Shown: positions 1 through 9,323 of the stretch, piece by piece
How the letters are laid out: each line of letters starts with the position of its first letter
Position numbering within the stretch: position 1 is the first letter of the stretch
Origin: Candidatus Bathyarchaeia archaeon
Lineage (GTDB): Archaea; Thermoproteota; Bathyarchaeia; Bathyarchaeales; Bathycorpusculaceae
Assembly (NCBI GenBank): GCA_049516875.1
Contig: JBEKSS010000007.1
Location: forward strand, 32,001-96,000
Direction: 5' to 3'
DNA length: 64,000 bases
The notes under the pieces: model-generated
What the model saw: only the letters and a program-made list of their open reading frames with translations
Database searches by the model: none
Told to the model about the DNA's origin: nothing
Position numbers and translations under genes: made by a program

Positions 1-40
1 GCTTCTTGTAGTGTAGCGGATGCTTAAATACCCTTTATAT

Positions 41-48
41 GCGCGCGC
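41..48. repeat. Intergenic GCGCGCGC octamer
   Basis: GCGCGCGCTAGAG; the same 13-mer is inverted at 60335-60347. Confidence 0.7.
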
Positions 49-101
49 TAGAGCGAGAACTTAAGTAACTTGGCTAAGATCTATCAGAGACGTGACTGAC
101 T

Positions 102-902
102 ATGTCTTCGTCCTCTGACCGTGTTGTGAAAGACTATTATGATGAGAAAGCTCAGACTTATGACGACTATTCGAAGCAGCTGTATTTCAAAGTGTACGAC
201 GCAGCAACATGGAAAATCACTGAGCCTTATGTTCCACGAGACTCAAAGGCATGTGTGCTCGATGCTGCTGGCGGGACCGGAAAATGGAGTGTTCCCATGG
301 CAAAGTGCGGTGCACGCGTCGTGCTAGCAGACCTTTCCGACGGAATGCTGGACGTGGCAAAAGAGAAGATTGCTAAGGAAGGTCTGCAAGACCGCATAGA
401 AACCAGGAGGTGCGACCTTCGCAAGCTGGACTTCGGAGACGAATCCTTCGACATGGTGTTCTGTGATCATGCCCTATGCTTCATCAAAGAACAAGATACA
501 GTGGTGAGCGAGCTCGTCAGAGTTCTGAAGAAGGGGCATCGTCTGATTATCTCTGGACAGAACCGTTATGTGCTGTCCCTTTCTATTGTTCAGGAAGACC
601 CGTCCCTAGCCTCCAGAATATTGGCGAAAGATTCACCGTTCGACATGCTTGACCGCGTGAAGGTCTATGCACTGTCACCAGACGAGTTTAGACAGCTGCT
701 TGAAGACAACGGCGTCAGGGTGGAGAGAATGTTCGGCAAAGTCTTCACTATGCCCCTCGGTCTGTCTCTTGAGAGACTGCAAGGAGAGACGTTCAGCAAG
801 GCCTTTGTCGACAAACTCTTGAAAATCGAGTACAGCATGCTTGAGAGGTCAGACGCTGTGCCTTTAGCATCACACATTCAGGCAGTCGGATGCAAACGAT
901 AG
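102..902 (+). CDS. Class I SAM-dependent methyltransferase
   Basis: Motif I VLDAAGGTG, acidic DLSDGML, FDMVFC, RVLKKG. Confidence 0.9.
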   Translation: MSSSSDRVVKDYYDEKAQTYDDYSKQLYFKVYDAATWKITEPYVPRDSKACVLDAAGGTGKWSVPMAKCGARVVLADLSDGMLDVAKEKIAKEGLQDRIETRRCDLRKLDFGDESFDMVFCDHALCFIKEQDTVVSELVRVLKKGHRLIISGQNRYVLSLSIVQEDPSLASRILAKDSPFDMLDRVKVYALSPDEFRQLLEDNGVRVERMFGKVFTMPLGLSLERLQGETFSKAFVDKLLKIEYSMLERSDAVPLASHIQAVGCKR

Positions 903-949
903 GGCCCAGAATAGTTCGCCCTCATGTTTAACCCGGACCGTTCACCTTA

Positions 950-957
950 GCGCGCGC
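950..957. repeat. Intergenic GCGCGCGC octamer
   Basis: TTAGCGCGCGC between convergent genes. Confidence 0.7.
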
Positions 958-1008
958 CAGAGATTCATGAAAACTTGGAAACGATTTATCGCTTTTCATC
1001 TTGTTGGT

Positions 1009-1905
1009 TTAAATCACCACGCCCATCCGGTGAAGCTCGTCCAACAGGCTTGTCTTCGTCTGTTTGAGTCTCTGCCTCTGTTCCACGTATTCGTCGCCAC
1101 TTATCTTGCCAGCTCGGAAGTCTTGGTCGAGTTTTTCCAATTGTGCATCTATGTCGGTCAGTCTCGATTTGAGCTGGTCAACGTATGAGACAGCCGCAGT
1201 CGGTTCTAACGTTTGAGCAGGCGTCAAAGCCGCTTTTATGGTGCCGTCTTCGATGCGTAGTATCCTGTCTCCTTGCCTAGCAACGTTTGGGTCATGAGTA
1301 ACCATCACGATGGTCTTGCCTAGTTCTCGGCTTATTTTCACCAAGTAGTCGACCACGATTTTGACGTTTGTAGTGTCTAATTCTCCTGTTGGCTCGTCGG
1401 CTAGGATTACTGGGGCGTCGTTGGCCAGAGCCGCAGCCATGGTTATGCGCTGCTGTTCTCCGCCGCTTAATTCGTCGGGTTTATGATCCGCTCTCTGGGT
1501 TAGGCCTACTATTTCAAGCAGTTCTTTGACGCGCTCTTTTCGTTTGCTTCTTCCCGCGCCCATGGCTATCATCGGCAGCTCGACGTTTTCAGCAGCGGTC
1601 AGCGTGGGAATCAGGTTGAGGGTTTGGAAAATGTGTCCCACGGTTTTCCTTCGATAATCAACGAGCTGAGAGGTTGACAGTGCCGTGACTTGTGTGTCAC
1701 CCACTGCAACAGAGCCTGCGGTTGCCGTGTCCAGTCCTCCTATTATGTTTAGCAGCGTAGTCTTTCCGCTTCCGCTTGGTCCTATGATTGAGACCACTTC
1801 GCCCTCTTTTACCGACATGCTCAGTCCGCGTAGGGCCTGAACTTCCACTTTGCCCAGATGATACACTTTAATCACGTCTTTGACGATTATTCCTGCACCT
1901 TTCAA
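1009..1905 (-). CDS. ABC transporter ATP-binding protein (LolD/MacB type) with C-terminal helical extension
   Basis: Walker [33 protein letters not shown]; extra ~70 aa tail. Confidence 0.95.
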   Translation of the reverse strand: MKGAGIIVKDVIKVYHLGKVEVQALRGLSMSVKEGEVVSIIGPSGSGKTTLLNIIGGLDTATAGSVAVGDTQVTALSTSQLVDYRRKTVGHIFQTLNLIPTLTAAENVELPMIAMGAGRSKRKERVKELLEIVGLTQRADHKPDELSGGEQQRITMAAALANDAPVILADEPTGELDTTNVKIVVDYLVKISRELGKTIVMVTHDPNVARQGDRILRIEDGTIKAALTPAQTLEPTAAVSYVDQLKSRLTDIDAQLEKLDQDFRAGKISGDEYVEQRQRLKQTKTSLLDELHRMGVVI

Positions 1906-4742
1906 ACTTCTCGCACCGTCCTCTCCAACCTTGAACTGTATCTTTTTGCCATCAGAACGACCGGGATGATGGTTGACGCGAAAACTAGGATGAAAGAAAT
2001 GAACAGGGTCAAGACTGCATCAGGCGGAAAGACCATGTGCCTGCTCAAGGGAGTGACTGAATAGAAGGCGGCGTTCACAGCGTTGTTTGACGCAACTACT
2101 CCGCGCACCACTATGAGTCCCACAACCGTGCCTACGAGCACTGCGAATGTCACGACCGCCAGGTTCTCAGTGAGAAGCATGACGAGCAACTGCTTGAATG
2201 AGAGCCCCCGAACGCTCATGATTGACACCTCACGTTTCCTCTCTCTCAAACTGACCAACGTAACCAGGGCGGTTCCGATTGAAGCCGCCGCCACCATGAA
2301 AAGCACGCCTAGGCGCAGAACGTTGAACGAGCCCGTTATGGTAAGGTCGCTCTGTTGATTCGCGAGTTGCTCAGTCACAGAGGACACCGAGCTGACAGCG
2401 CTGATATCTAATCCGCGAATCTGATCCGCGACAGCCTTACTGTCCGTGCCGCCCTGCAACCTCATGAGTATTTTGGCCGAGGCCGAACCAACTAAATTTT
2501 CTATTGTCTGGTTGTAGAGTCCTTCTGGAACATAAGACCAGTACTGACCTGAAGTTTGTCCAGATTCGATTCCGAAAAACCCTACAACCCTCAACTCTTC
2601 CGTCTGCACTGCCCCCGTAGATGAGTCACCAAAAGTCACGGCGACGACATCGCCCACCTTCTTGTTAAGAGCGTTGGCCTGGTTAACATCCAAAATAACA
2701 GTGTAATTATTTGAACTCATGGTCTCAAAGGCTTTTTCAACTGGGCTGCCGCTGAACATATCGTCCTCATAATAGGCTGTGGAAAGCCACGTTTTCGGGT
2801 TTACCGCCCGGAACTGCATTCCCTGTTCGTTTCCTCCAAGACCGGCCGAACCCGTGAAACTGTATTCCGCAGTTATAGATTGAATGTGCGACACGTTGCT
2901 GCTGACGGCACTCATTATCTGCGACGCATTTAAGGGCGAACTTAATGTGAAACTGACGTCCGAGCCAACGGCAAAGCGAGCTTCACGAACAACGAAGTCT
3001 TGTTCACTCGCCAGAGTTCCAACTACCTGAAAACTGTACCCAATGATGAAGGCTATCAGAAATGCGACAGCCGCGGCGCGAGCAGGGTTTCTCTGAACAC
3101 TCTTCGTGGCAAGCTTGCCTAAATCACCCAAAAACCTAGAAGCCCTTGTCATGATTTCTTGGAACTTAAACGATCCGCTTATGAAGATTTTTGTGAAACC
3201 CCAGAAGAACAGAAAGGGCCCAACGTAAGTCAGTGCGAAATCGACGAGGACAAATATCTGTAACAGAAGGAAGACGAAAACGTTCGCAGGCGCTCTTACG
3301 ACCGCCTGAACATTAATGCCTAGAAGAAACACGATAATCTTATAAGAACCGAGAAGAAGGGCAGTCCAAGGCCACAGTCGTCTGTACGGTTTAGCCTCTT
3401 CCACCTGCACGTATTCTCTCAAAGCGTCGACTGCGGCCATCTTTGAAGCTCTTCTTGCTGACCGATAAACCGAAAGAAAGGTGATGATGGCGGCGAAAAC
3501 CATGGTCAAAATGATTGTGTCAGGGCCCAGTACAAGCGCGCCGATGAATTGGCCGCCTGTGGCCGCAGCAAACCATGGAGTAACAGTGAAACTCAACACT
3601 ATGCCCAGCAAACCTCCAAGTAGCCCTATTAGTGCGGCCTCGAACAGAAACATCCACCAGAGTTGTCGCCTGGAAAACCCTTTGGTCAGTAGGAGACCGA
3701 TCTCACGGCGCCTTAGGTTGAAAGACACGTCAGAAACTGTTGAGCCCACGTACCAAGCCACAAAAAACACGGGCAACGATGCTATGATGAAGGTAGCACG
3801 CATCGCAAACGAGGTACTCTGAAAACTGTCCAGCGGATAGGCCAGATTGTCTTGAGCAGACAAACCAAAAGGTGAGACCTCTTCGTTAATCTGCGCCGTA
3901 ACCGCTGCAAGCTTGCTGGCTGAACCAGGGATGTCCCATGGACTGATAAGGCTCGAGCGGTCAACAAAAACGAGAATTGTGGTGCTGAACGGATTAGAAT
4001 ATTCAGGCGAAGAATCGTGCACGAAGTCGAGCAGCTTGGCAAAAGTTTTCTCCCAACTAGTGATCAAAAGATTCTGTGGATAAAACTGGTACTGGTTAAG
4101 AGATGCTATAGAAAGCTCCTGTTCACTGAGATGAACAAAACCAACCACTTTGAGATTGACAACAAATGATGATGTTTGTGACATGGCAGAATTTTCTTCC
4201 CAAACACCCTGCTGGAATACGTTGGCATTCGCGGTGACATTTATCGGAATGATGTCCCCGACGCGAATCTTTCCAGCGTCAGGCGAGTCTGCCCAAACAT
4301 AAGTTTCATTTTCCCCTAACGCGGATGTGTTACAGACAAGAGAATGCTCAGATATCCCAATCAAATTGGTGGAAGTCTTGAAATTAAACTCTTGAACAAA
4401 ATTATAATATGCATAAGTAGAAATTGCTTCAACTTGGGTTACGCCTTGCACACTTGAAATCGCGCTAACTGCATCTGAAACATTTTTGGAGGACAACGCG
4501 ATATTCGCTGTCGGGGGAAAGGTGTAGTAACTGTAACCCACGGAAATGTCAACTGGAATTTTGTTCAGAGTCTGATTGAGGGCCTGCCACGCAGCTGTAT
4601 CCGCGCCCACGTTGATGCCCGCGAAAAATGTTGAGGCCAAAACGATGCCTAGCAACAAGGCTATGAACAGCCGCCATGAACGAACAAGCCTCTTAAAAGT
4701 GTACGAAAATGACAATTTCAACCAAATAACAGTTTGACTCAA
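1902..4742 (-). CDS. FtsX/MacB-like ABC permease
   Basis: Two FtsX-type repeats (RRREIGLLLTKG, RKREVSIMSVRG) with extracellular loops; overlaps the ATPase start; true start may be TTG at 4721. Confidence 0.9.
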   Translation of the reverse strand: MSQTVIWLKLSFSYTFKRLVRSWRLFIALLLGIVLASTFFAGINVGADTAAWQALNQTLNKIPVDISVGYSYYTFPPTANIALSSKNVSDAVSAISSVQGVTQVEAISTYAYYNFVQEFNFKTSTNLIGISEHSLVCNTSALGENETYVWADSPDAGKIRVGDIIPINVTANANVFQQGVWEENSAMSQTSSFVVNLKVVGFVHLSEQELSIASLNQYQFYPQNLLITSWEKTFAKLLDFVHDSSPEYSNPFSTTILVFVDRSSLISPWDIPGSASKLAAVTAQINEEVSPFGLSAQDNLAYPLDSFQSTSFAMRATFIIASLPVFFVAWYVGSTVSDVSFNLRRREIGLLLTKGFSRRQLWWMFLFEAALIGLLGGLLGIVLSFTVTPWFAAATGGQFIGALVLGPDTIILTMVFAAIITFLSVYRSARRASKMAAVDALREYVQVEEAKPYRRLWPWTALLLGSYKIIVFLLGINVQAVVRAPANVFVFLLLQIFVLVDFALTYVGPFLFFWGFTKIFISGSFKFQEIMTRASRFLGDLGKLATKSVQRNPARAAAVAFLIAFIIGYSFQVVGTLASEQDFVVREARFAVGSDVSFTLSSPLNASQIMSAVSSNVSHIQSITAEYSFTGSAGLGGNEQGMQFRAVNPKTWLSTAYYEDDMFSGSPVEKAFETMSSNNYTVILDVNQANALNKKVGDVVAVTFGDSSTGAVQTEELRVVGFFGIESGQTSGQYWSYVPEGLYNQTIENLVGSASAKILMRLQGGTDSKAVADQIRGLDISAVSSVSSVTEQLANQQSDLTITGSFNVLRLGVLFMVAAASIGTALVTLVSLRERKREVSIMSVRGLSFKQLLVMLLTENLAVVTFAVLVGTVVGLIVVRGVVASNNAVNAAFYSVTPLSRHMVFPPDAVLTLFISFILVFASTIIPVVLMAKRYSSRLERTVREV

Positions 4743-4804
4743 ATAGCCAATTTCAATGTTTCGGTTCGAATGCTCAATGCATTTTCATTTGGAACATCAC
4801 AAAC

Positions 4805-5906
4805 GCGCGCTGCCTTGTCTCTTTATTATGTGTTGAAGTAGGTTGGTGAGACTGCCTTGTCTGGTCTTCTGAGGTTTTCTGCCGCTTCTCTGTTTAGAAC
4901 TAGGCACAACAAGCTGTAAAGCGCGTAGGAGGCAACGTTTCTTACGCCTCTGACCTTGTTTATGGCCAAGCTGTACTGCGTCTTGAGGAAGCTGTAGACC
5001 GCTTCAATGTGAGGCCTCTTATGATACTCCTTCTTCTGGTCATCTGGCCCGTAGGTTCGAAACTTCTTGTCCACCCTAAGGATGTCTCTTACGCCACGTT
5101 TCTGGTTAACGGGATAAGGAATCACTGCGGCGTCAACGGCCCTTCTGAGTTTGCCGTCGCTGTATTGGCTGTCAGCTATCACGCTTCTCAATCTGGCTGC
5201 AGACCGTTTGAGAATCAGCTTCGTCTTCTCCAGCATGTTCAGCGAGTGTTTCTTCTCGTTCTGGTTGGCAGAAGCAAAAGCGCAGGTCAACGGAAGCATA
5301 GTCTGAGAATCGATGCACAAGTGAAGCTTGTAGCCCAATCCGAATGTTCTGCCTGCTCTTCCAACCCTGGCTTCCTCGTCGGAATAGCCTTTCTTGTTAT
5401 CCAGTGGATGGCGCGTGCTCCAAGCCTTTATGAACGAAGCGTCAAGAACGGCATCAACGTCTTTTGCGTCGTTCCGTTTCAAGAGTTTAACAACTTTCTG
5501 TTCTATTATTCTGGTGAGGTTGTCTTCCCCGACTTTTCGGATGAACCTGCTGAGAACGCTTCTAGGATAGCCCGTCTCGCCTGTTTTGATTAGGCACAGT
5601 TTTCTGAGCCGTATGTCTGTGTCGAGTAGTCTTGTCATTTCTCTCAGGCTGCGAACACCCTTCATTCGCATGACGATGAAGGATCTGAAAACGCCCAATG
5701 GGTTTCTGGGAGGCCTCCCAGGTCCAACCGTGTGGAAGCATCTGAGCAACGCTGCTTTAGCAAAGCTTAAGTCTACGTTTCTGAAGAGGGTTTCTAGGGT
5801 CTCGTGTTCATCTTGTCCCGCTAGGATTCACCTCCTAAGCCTGGACGTAACTCACTAAATACGAGACCCCAACTGCATTAATTAATTTAGGGACAAGCCA
5901 GCGCGC
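4805..5906 (-). mobile_element. Insertion sequence (IS4/IS5-superfamily DDE), ~1.1 kb
   Basis: Inverted ends 4805-4828 GCGCGCTGCCTTGTCTCTTTATTA and 5883-5906 (revcomp GCGCGCTGGCTTGTCCCTAAATTA) match 20/24 and enclose one transposase; the terminal GCGC(GC) is probably the target duplication. Confidence 0.88.
4826..5824 (-). CDS. DDE transposase
   Basis: DASFIKA, GYKLHL, ADSQY, YHKRPHIEAVYSFLK (Y-R-E-K signature); frame stays open upstream of the ORF-track start (5749) to 5827, so the start is uncertain. Confidence 0.9.
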   Translation of the reverse strand, partial: LAGQDEHETLETLFRNVDLSFAKAALLRCFHTVGPGRPPRNPLGVFRSFIVMRMKGVRSLREMTRLLDTDIRLRKLCLIKTGETGYPRSVLSRFIRKVGEDNLTRIIEQKVVKLLKRNDAKDVDAVLDASFIKAWSTRHPLDNKKGYSDEEARVGRAGRTFGLGYKLHLCIDSQTMLPLTCAFASANQNEKKHSLNMLEKTKLILKRSAARLRSVIADSQYSDGKLRRAVDAAVIPYPVNQKRGVRDILRVDKKFRTYGPDDQKKEYHKRPHIEAVYSFLKTQYSLAINKVRGVRNVASYALYSLLCLVLNREAAENLRRPDKAVSPTYFNT

Positions 5907-6012
5907 TACGATTTGCCCCCCAAAACAAGCCCAAATCAAGCCGAAATAGGCAAAAGAAGAATTAAAACCATTTTTAACCATTTTAGCGACAAACCAGTGC
6001 CCGACAATGCTC

Positions 6013-7080
6013 TCAAGAGGATGTCGGAGAGGGCATTAAGTTTTTGATTGCTGTGAATTGAACCACTATGCCGCCTATCAGCAGTCTAGCCCAGAAAGTC
6101 AAGACTCGAATGAGAACTGTTGCTACAGCAAAGACAACCAGAAACTGTGGGCTACCAAGCAGGGCATACAAGGTTGTCATGATTATCTCTGCCAATCCCA
6201 CTTCGCCCGGGATTACGCCTATCGGCAGGTACTGGATGGCCCCGCTGATGGAGTAGACGATTATGATGGCGCTGATGGAGATTGCGGTTCCAGCAGACCC
6301 TAGAGAAAGGAAAACTAGGAGGGCTATTGACATGTCTAAGAGCCACGAGAAGGCCGTCAACACCATCGGCAGCACGAGGCTTTTTCGATGTGCGCCCAGT
6401 GTGAGAATTCCTTCATGAAAAATGTCCAGCGCCTTCGTAACCCTCTCTCGTGCCTGTTCAAGTTTCCAGCGGCCTCGCGAAACCCGCGTAATCAGGTTGA
6501 ACAGCCAATTGGCGAGCCTGCGCGTTGAACGTTTCCTCGAAGCTAAGTAAAACAGGAGGCCGATTACGACAGCGTCGCCAAGCAGGATCACAATTGCAAA
6601 TGCTAGGACAAAGAGAGGAGGTCTGCTCGTGAGCGCAAAATAAACGATGCTCACAAGCAAACCTGCAGCTGTCACGCAGGTTGTAGCAATACGTTGCCCC
6701 ACAGCAGACGCGACAACCTTACCGTAGTCTCCCCCAGCGTCTTTCGACATCAAATAAATCCTTGACACCTCGCCGCTGACGGGCTCGCCCGGAATTACCA
6801 AGTCAACAAAATTCTCAACCCAGACAAACTGGAAAGCCTTCAGAAAAGAAGTCTTAACAGACAGAAGACCCAGCAGTCGTTGCCAAACGACAGAGTACAA
6901 TGCTACACTCGCAAGAAGCGCGAAGAACGCCAACAGAAAATAGAGTGGATTGAGTCTTTTTACAGTTTCAATCAAATCACCGAGAGGAACGAAAAGATAA
7001 AGATACACGAGGAAAACTGCTAGCCCAACGACAATCAGCAGATAACGCCTTTTCAGTTTGGGGCCTTTTTCACTCGCCAT
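6013..7080 (-). CDS. UPF0104 / lysylphosphatidylglycerol synthase TM-domain (flippase-like) protein
   Basis: Multi-TM; VIPGEPVSGEVSRIY and PIGVIPGEVGLAE motifs; ATG at 7080 preferred. Confidence 0.85.
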   Translation of the reverse strand: MASEKGPKLKRRYLLIVVGLAVFLVYLYLFVPLGDLIETVKRLNPLYFLLAFFALLASVALYSVVWQRLLGLLSVKTSFLKAFQFVWVENFVDLVIPGEPVSGEVSRIYLMSKDAGGDYGKVVASAVGQRIATTCVTAAGLLVSIVYFALTSRPPLFVLAFAIVILLGDAVVIGLLFYLASRKRSTRRLANWLFNLITRVSRGRWKLEQARERVTKALDIFHEGILTLGAHRKSLVLPMVLTAFSWLLDMSIALLVFLSLGSAGTAISISAIIIVYSISGAIQYLPIGVIPGEVGLAEIIMTTLYALLGSPQFLVVFAVATVLIRVLTFWARLLIGGIVVQFTAIKNLMPSPTSS

Positions 7081-7318
7081 TGGACAACGCACCGGATGCA
7101 CAAAACCAGATGACAACTCTTGTTCTTATGCTTTAGCAATACTGCGGTAGGCGGTCGTTTTGAGGTTTAGATCCAGCGTCGGCTCGCCGTACAAAAGATG
7201 GCAACTCAATTCCATCAATCATTAGCGTCGCAGAAAGTCGTGGATTGAATGACGAATGGCAAAACCTTGATAGCGTATCCTACGAAGGGTGGAGTGACTG
7301 ACCGCTCTGTCGTTCAGG

Positions 7319-8296
7319 CTATCTGACGTAAGACTCGTTCAGCCAAACTCGCGCCCCATCAGTATCCATGGTTGCCTTGATTCCCATGGGCAACGGCAAG
7401 TTAGGCGTGTAATGACCGAAATCCATGCTCGCGATAATCGGAAAATCGTATTCTCCCGTTATGTCCAGAACGAGTTCCTTAGTCTCGTTCGTCATGTCTT
7501 TTATTCTGCGGCCCGACTTGCTTGATGAATCAGGCACTTCACCTCTCATCTTGCCGATCAACATGCCTCTTGTCCTATCAAACAACCCTGATTCTCTGAA
7601 GTGCACCAGCTTCGCGTCAAGTTCATCCAAAGGTTGCGCTATCGATTCCCAGAAGAAAATTATGTCCTCGTCCAAGTTTGGATAGTAGGGGGTCCCAAGC
7701 AGGGGCTCCGCGCTGTTTATGCTTCCGCCGAACAGTCTGCCCCTAGCCTTGCCTTCTCGCCACACTTCCCAATTGGTAAATGCCGGTAACAGCCCCACTG
7801 CCTCAGCGTTCTCGGTGATTCTGAAGAAAAGGCTTGTTTCGTACTTTGCTTCTTTGCTTTTCACGTCAGCCCCAAACCCGAAAACCACGTCTGTCTGATG
7901 AAGCCCCGTCAGGCCGGTTTTGGCCAGAAACGCCACGTGGAAGGTTGTGATGTTGCTCATGCCCGAGAAGATTTTGGGATTGTCCCTTATCAAATCGTAA
8001 TCCAGATGCCGCAACGTGCGAATCGCCACAGACCCGCCCAAGGCACAGACAATCGCGTCCACCTCTTCATCAGCAAACATATTGTTAATGTCTTCGGCTC
8101 GCTCAAGGTCTGTACCAGCCATGTATCCCATGTGCTGAAGCCTGACAGTCTTGCCTTCCTTTACCTTGAAGCCGAACCTTTTCAGGTTGTCAATGCCCTG
8201 ATTGTACTCCTGCTGAACCGGCAAAACCGGGTGTGAAGGGGCGATCACGCCAATGGTTCCGCCTTCCAAGAGCTTTGGGGGTTTCAACAGCCTCAT
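7319..8296 (-). CDS. S66 family peptidase (LD-carboxypeptidase/MccF-like)
   Basis: GVIAPS, RAEDIN, ALGG, PKIFSGMSNIT (catalytic Ser), FWE, DFGH. Confidence 0.9.
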   Translation of the reverse strand: MRLLKPPKLLEGGTIGVIAPSHPVLPVQQEYNQGIDNLKRFGFKVKEGKTVRLQHMGYMAGTDLERAEDINNMFADEEVDAIVCALGGSVAIRTLRHLDYDLIRDNPKIFSGMSNITTFHVAFLAKTGLTGLHQTDVVFGFGADVKSKEAKYETSLFFRITENAEAVGLLPAFTNWEVWREGKARGRLFGGSINSAEPLLGTPYYPNLDEDIIFFWESIAQPLDELDAKLVHFRESGLFDRTRGMLIGKMRGEVPDSSSKSGRRIKDMTNETKELVLDITGEYDFPIIASMDFGHYTPNLPLPMGIKATMDTDGARVWLNESYVR

Positions 8297-8448
8297 GCTT
8301 CTCAGCTCAATTCAATTCCAGATGACGAATTTCGTACAGATTGGACATATAAGTCTACCCTTGAACACAGGTACCCCTGGCATGTGCTACCAAAACAGAT
8401 AAGAACCTGAGTATGAACCAACAATGCGCAAGACGAGAGTGAATTGAG

Positions 8449-8643
8449 GTGCCATCAGAAATCTCTGATCCCGAAAGATTCGTCGAAATCAGTGCAAACG
8501 CTGAGTACTGCGCCGTCAAAAGATTGCAGGGCGTTGTGAAATTGAAGCTTAGGACACCAAAGAAGCTCTACACTCTGAAAGTTGAGCCTTTGAAGGCTGA
8601 GGAAGTCATCAAGAAGCTTCAATGCGAAATCCGAGAAATATAG
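8449..8643 (+). CDS. rpl38e: Ribosomal protein eL38
   Basis: 64 aa basic protein, MPSEI...KLKLRTPKKLYTLKV typical of L38e. Confidence 0.85.
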   Translation: MPSEISDPERFVEISANAEYCAVKRLQGVVKLKLRTPKKLYTLKVEPLKAEEVIKKLQCEIREI

Positions 8644-8706
8644 GTGCAATTTGCAGAAGCTCGCATATTTTCTTCACTTGAATTCTTTCTTAGCGCGGGC
8701 AAAGAA

Positions 8707-9111
8707 TCAAGAGAGCGGAGGCGTGTTCTTATCCAAGAACTCTTGTTGCAGGCCGCCCTCAGATTTGAGGGAGGATCCACAGAAAGGACAGAAACCGAAT
8801 TCACCTTCTGGCAGTGCTTTCCCACATTGTGGACATGGCACCGCACTCTTGAATGCAATCTTCGCCAACTGCCCCACGAGTCTAGAGTATAAACGTGCGT
8901 AATAGAGATACACAGCGAATCCCACCGCGGCAATCACTAACCCGACAACCCCCAGATTGATAGAGTTTCCCGCAAGCGAACGGGTTGAAAAACCAGCAAC
9001 CGCCACAACGACAGCAACAAGGCAGGTTAGAAGACCGCCTCTCTCATTTCGCTTCGCATCCCTCATCATTTCCTGAAGAAGTGCAATCCTCGCCGCCTCA
9101 GACAAATTCAA
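8707..9111 (-). CDS. Small two-TM membrane protein with C-terminal zinc ribbon
   Basis: Two hydrophobic helices then CPQCG...FCPFCG; start uncertain (TTG 9111 chosen). Confidence 0.7.
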   Translation of the reverse strand: MNLSEAARIALLQEMMRDAKRNERGGLLTCLVAVVVAVAGFSTRSLAGNSINLGVVGLVIAAVGFAVYLYYARLYSRLVGQLAKIAFKSAVPCPQCGKALPEGEFGFCPFCGSSLKSEGGLQQEFLDKNTPPLS

Positions 9112-9323
9112 CGCCTTTACCCTGGAATAGCGCAATGACCCTGTTTTGCGCAATATGAGAATTGCTGCGCGGACAGTAAATACGTTATGAATCCTCAATA
9201 AGAATCCATCCTCAAGTCGGCAGCTATTACACAAAGCATATACCTGTTTTTGGCAGGCGTCGGAGAAAACGTAATAGGAAGATGTTTTGTCTATCTGCAT
9301 AGGAAAAACGGTGGGAATATAAA

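Noticed and set aside
5009-5593. Long antisense ORFs (also 12040..12729, 16953..17516, 44430..44921, 47392..47913)
   Set aside because: Shadows of well-supported genes on the opposite strand, with no recognisable motifs.
5915-5985. Degenerate ~11-bp tandem repeats and AACCATTTT duplication beside the IS
   Set aside because: Low complexity, no partner inverted repeat; a second element cannot be supported.
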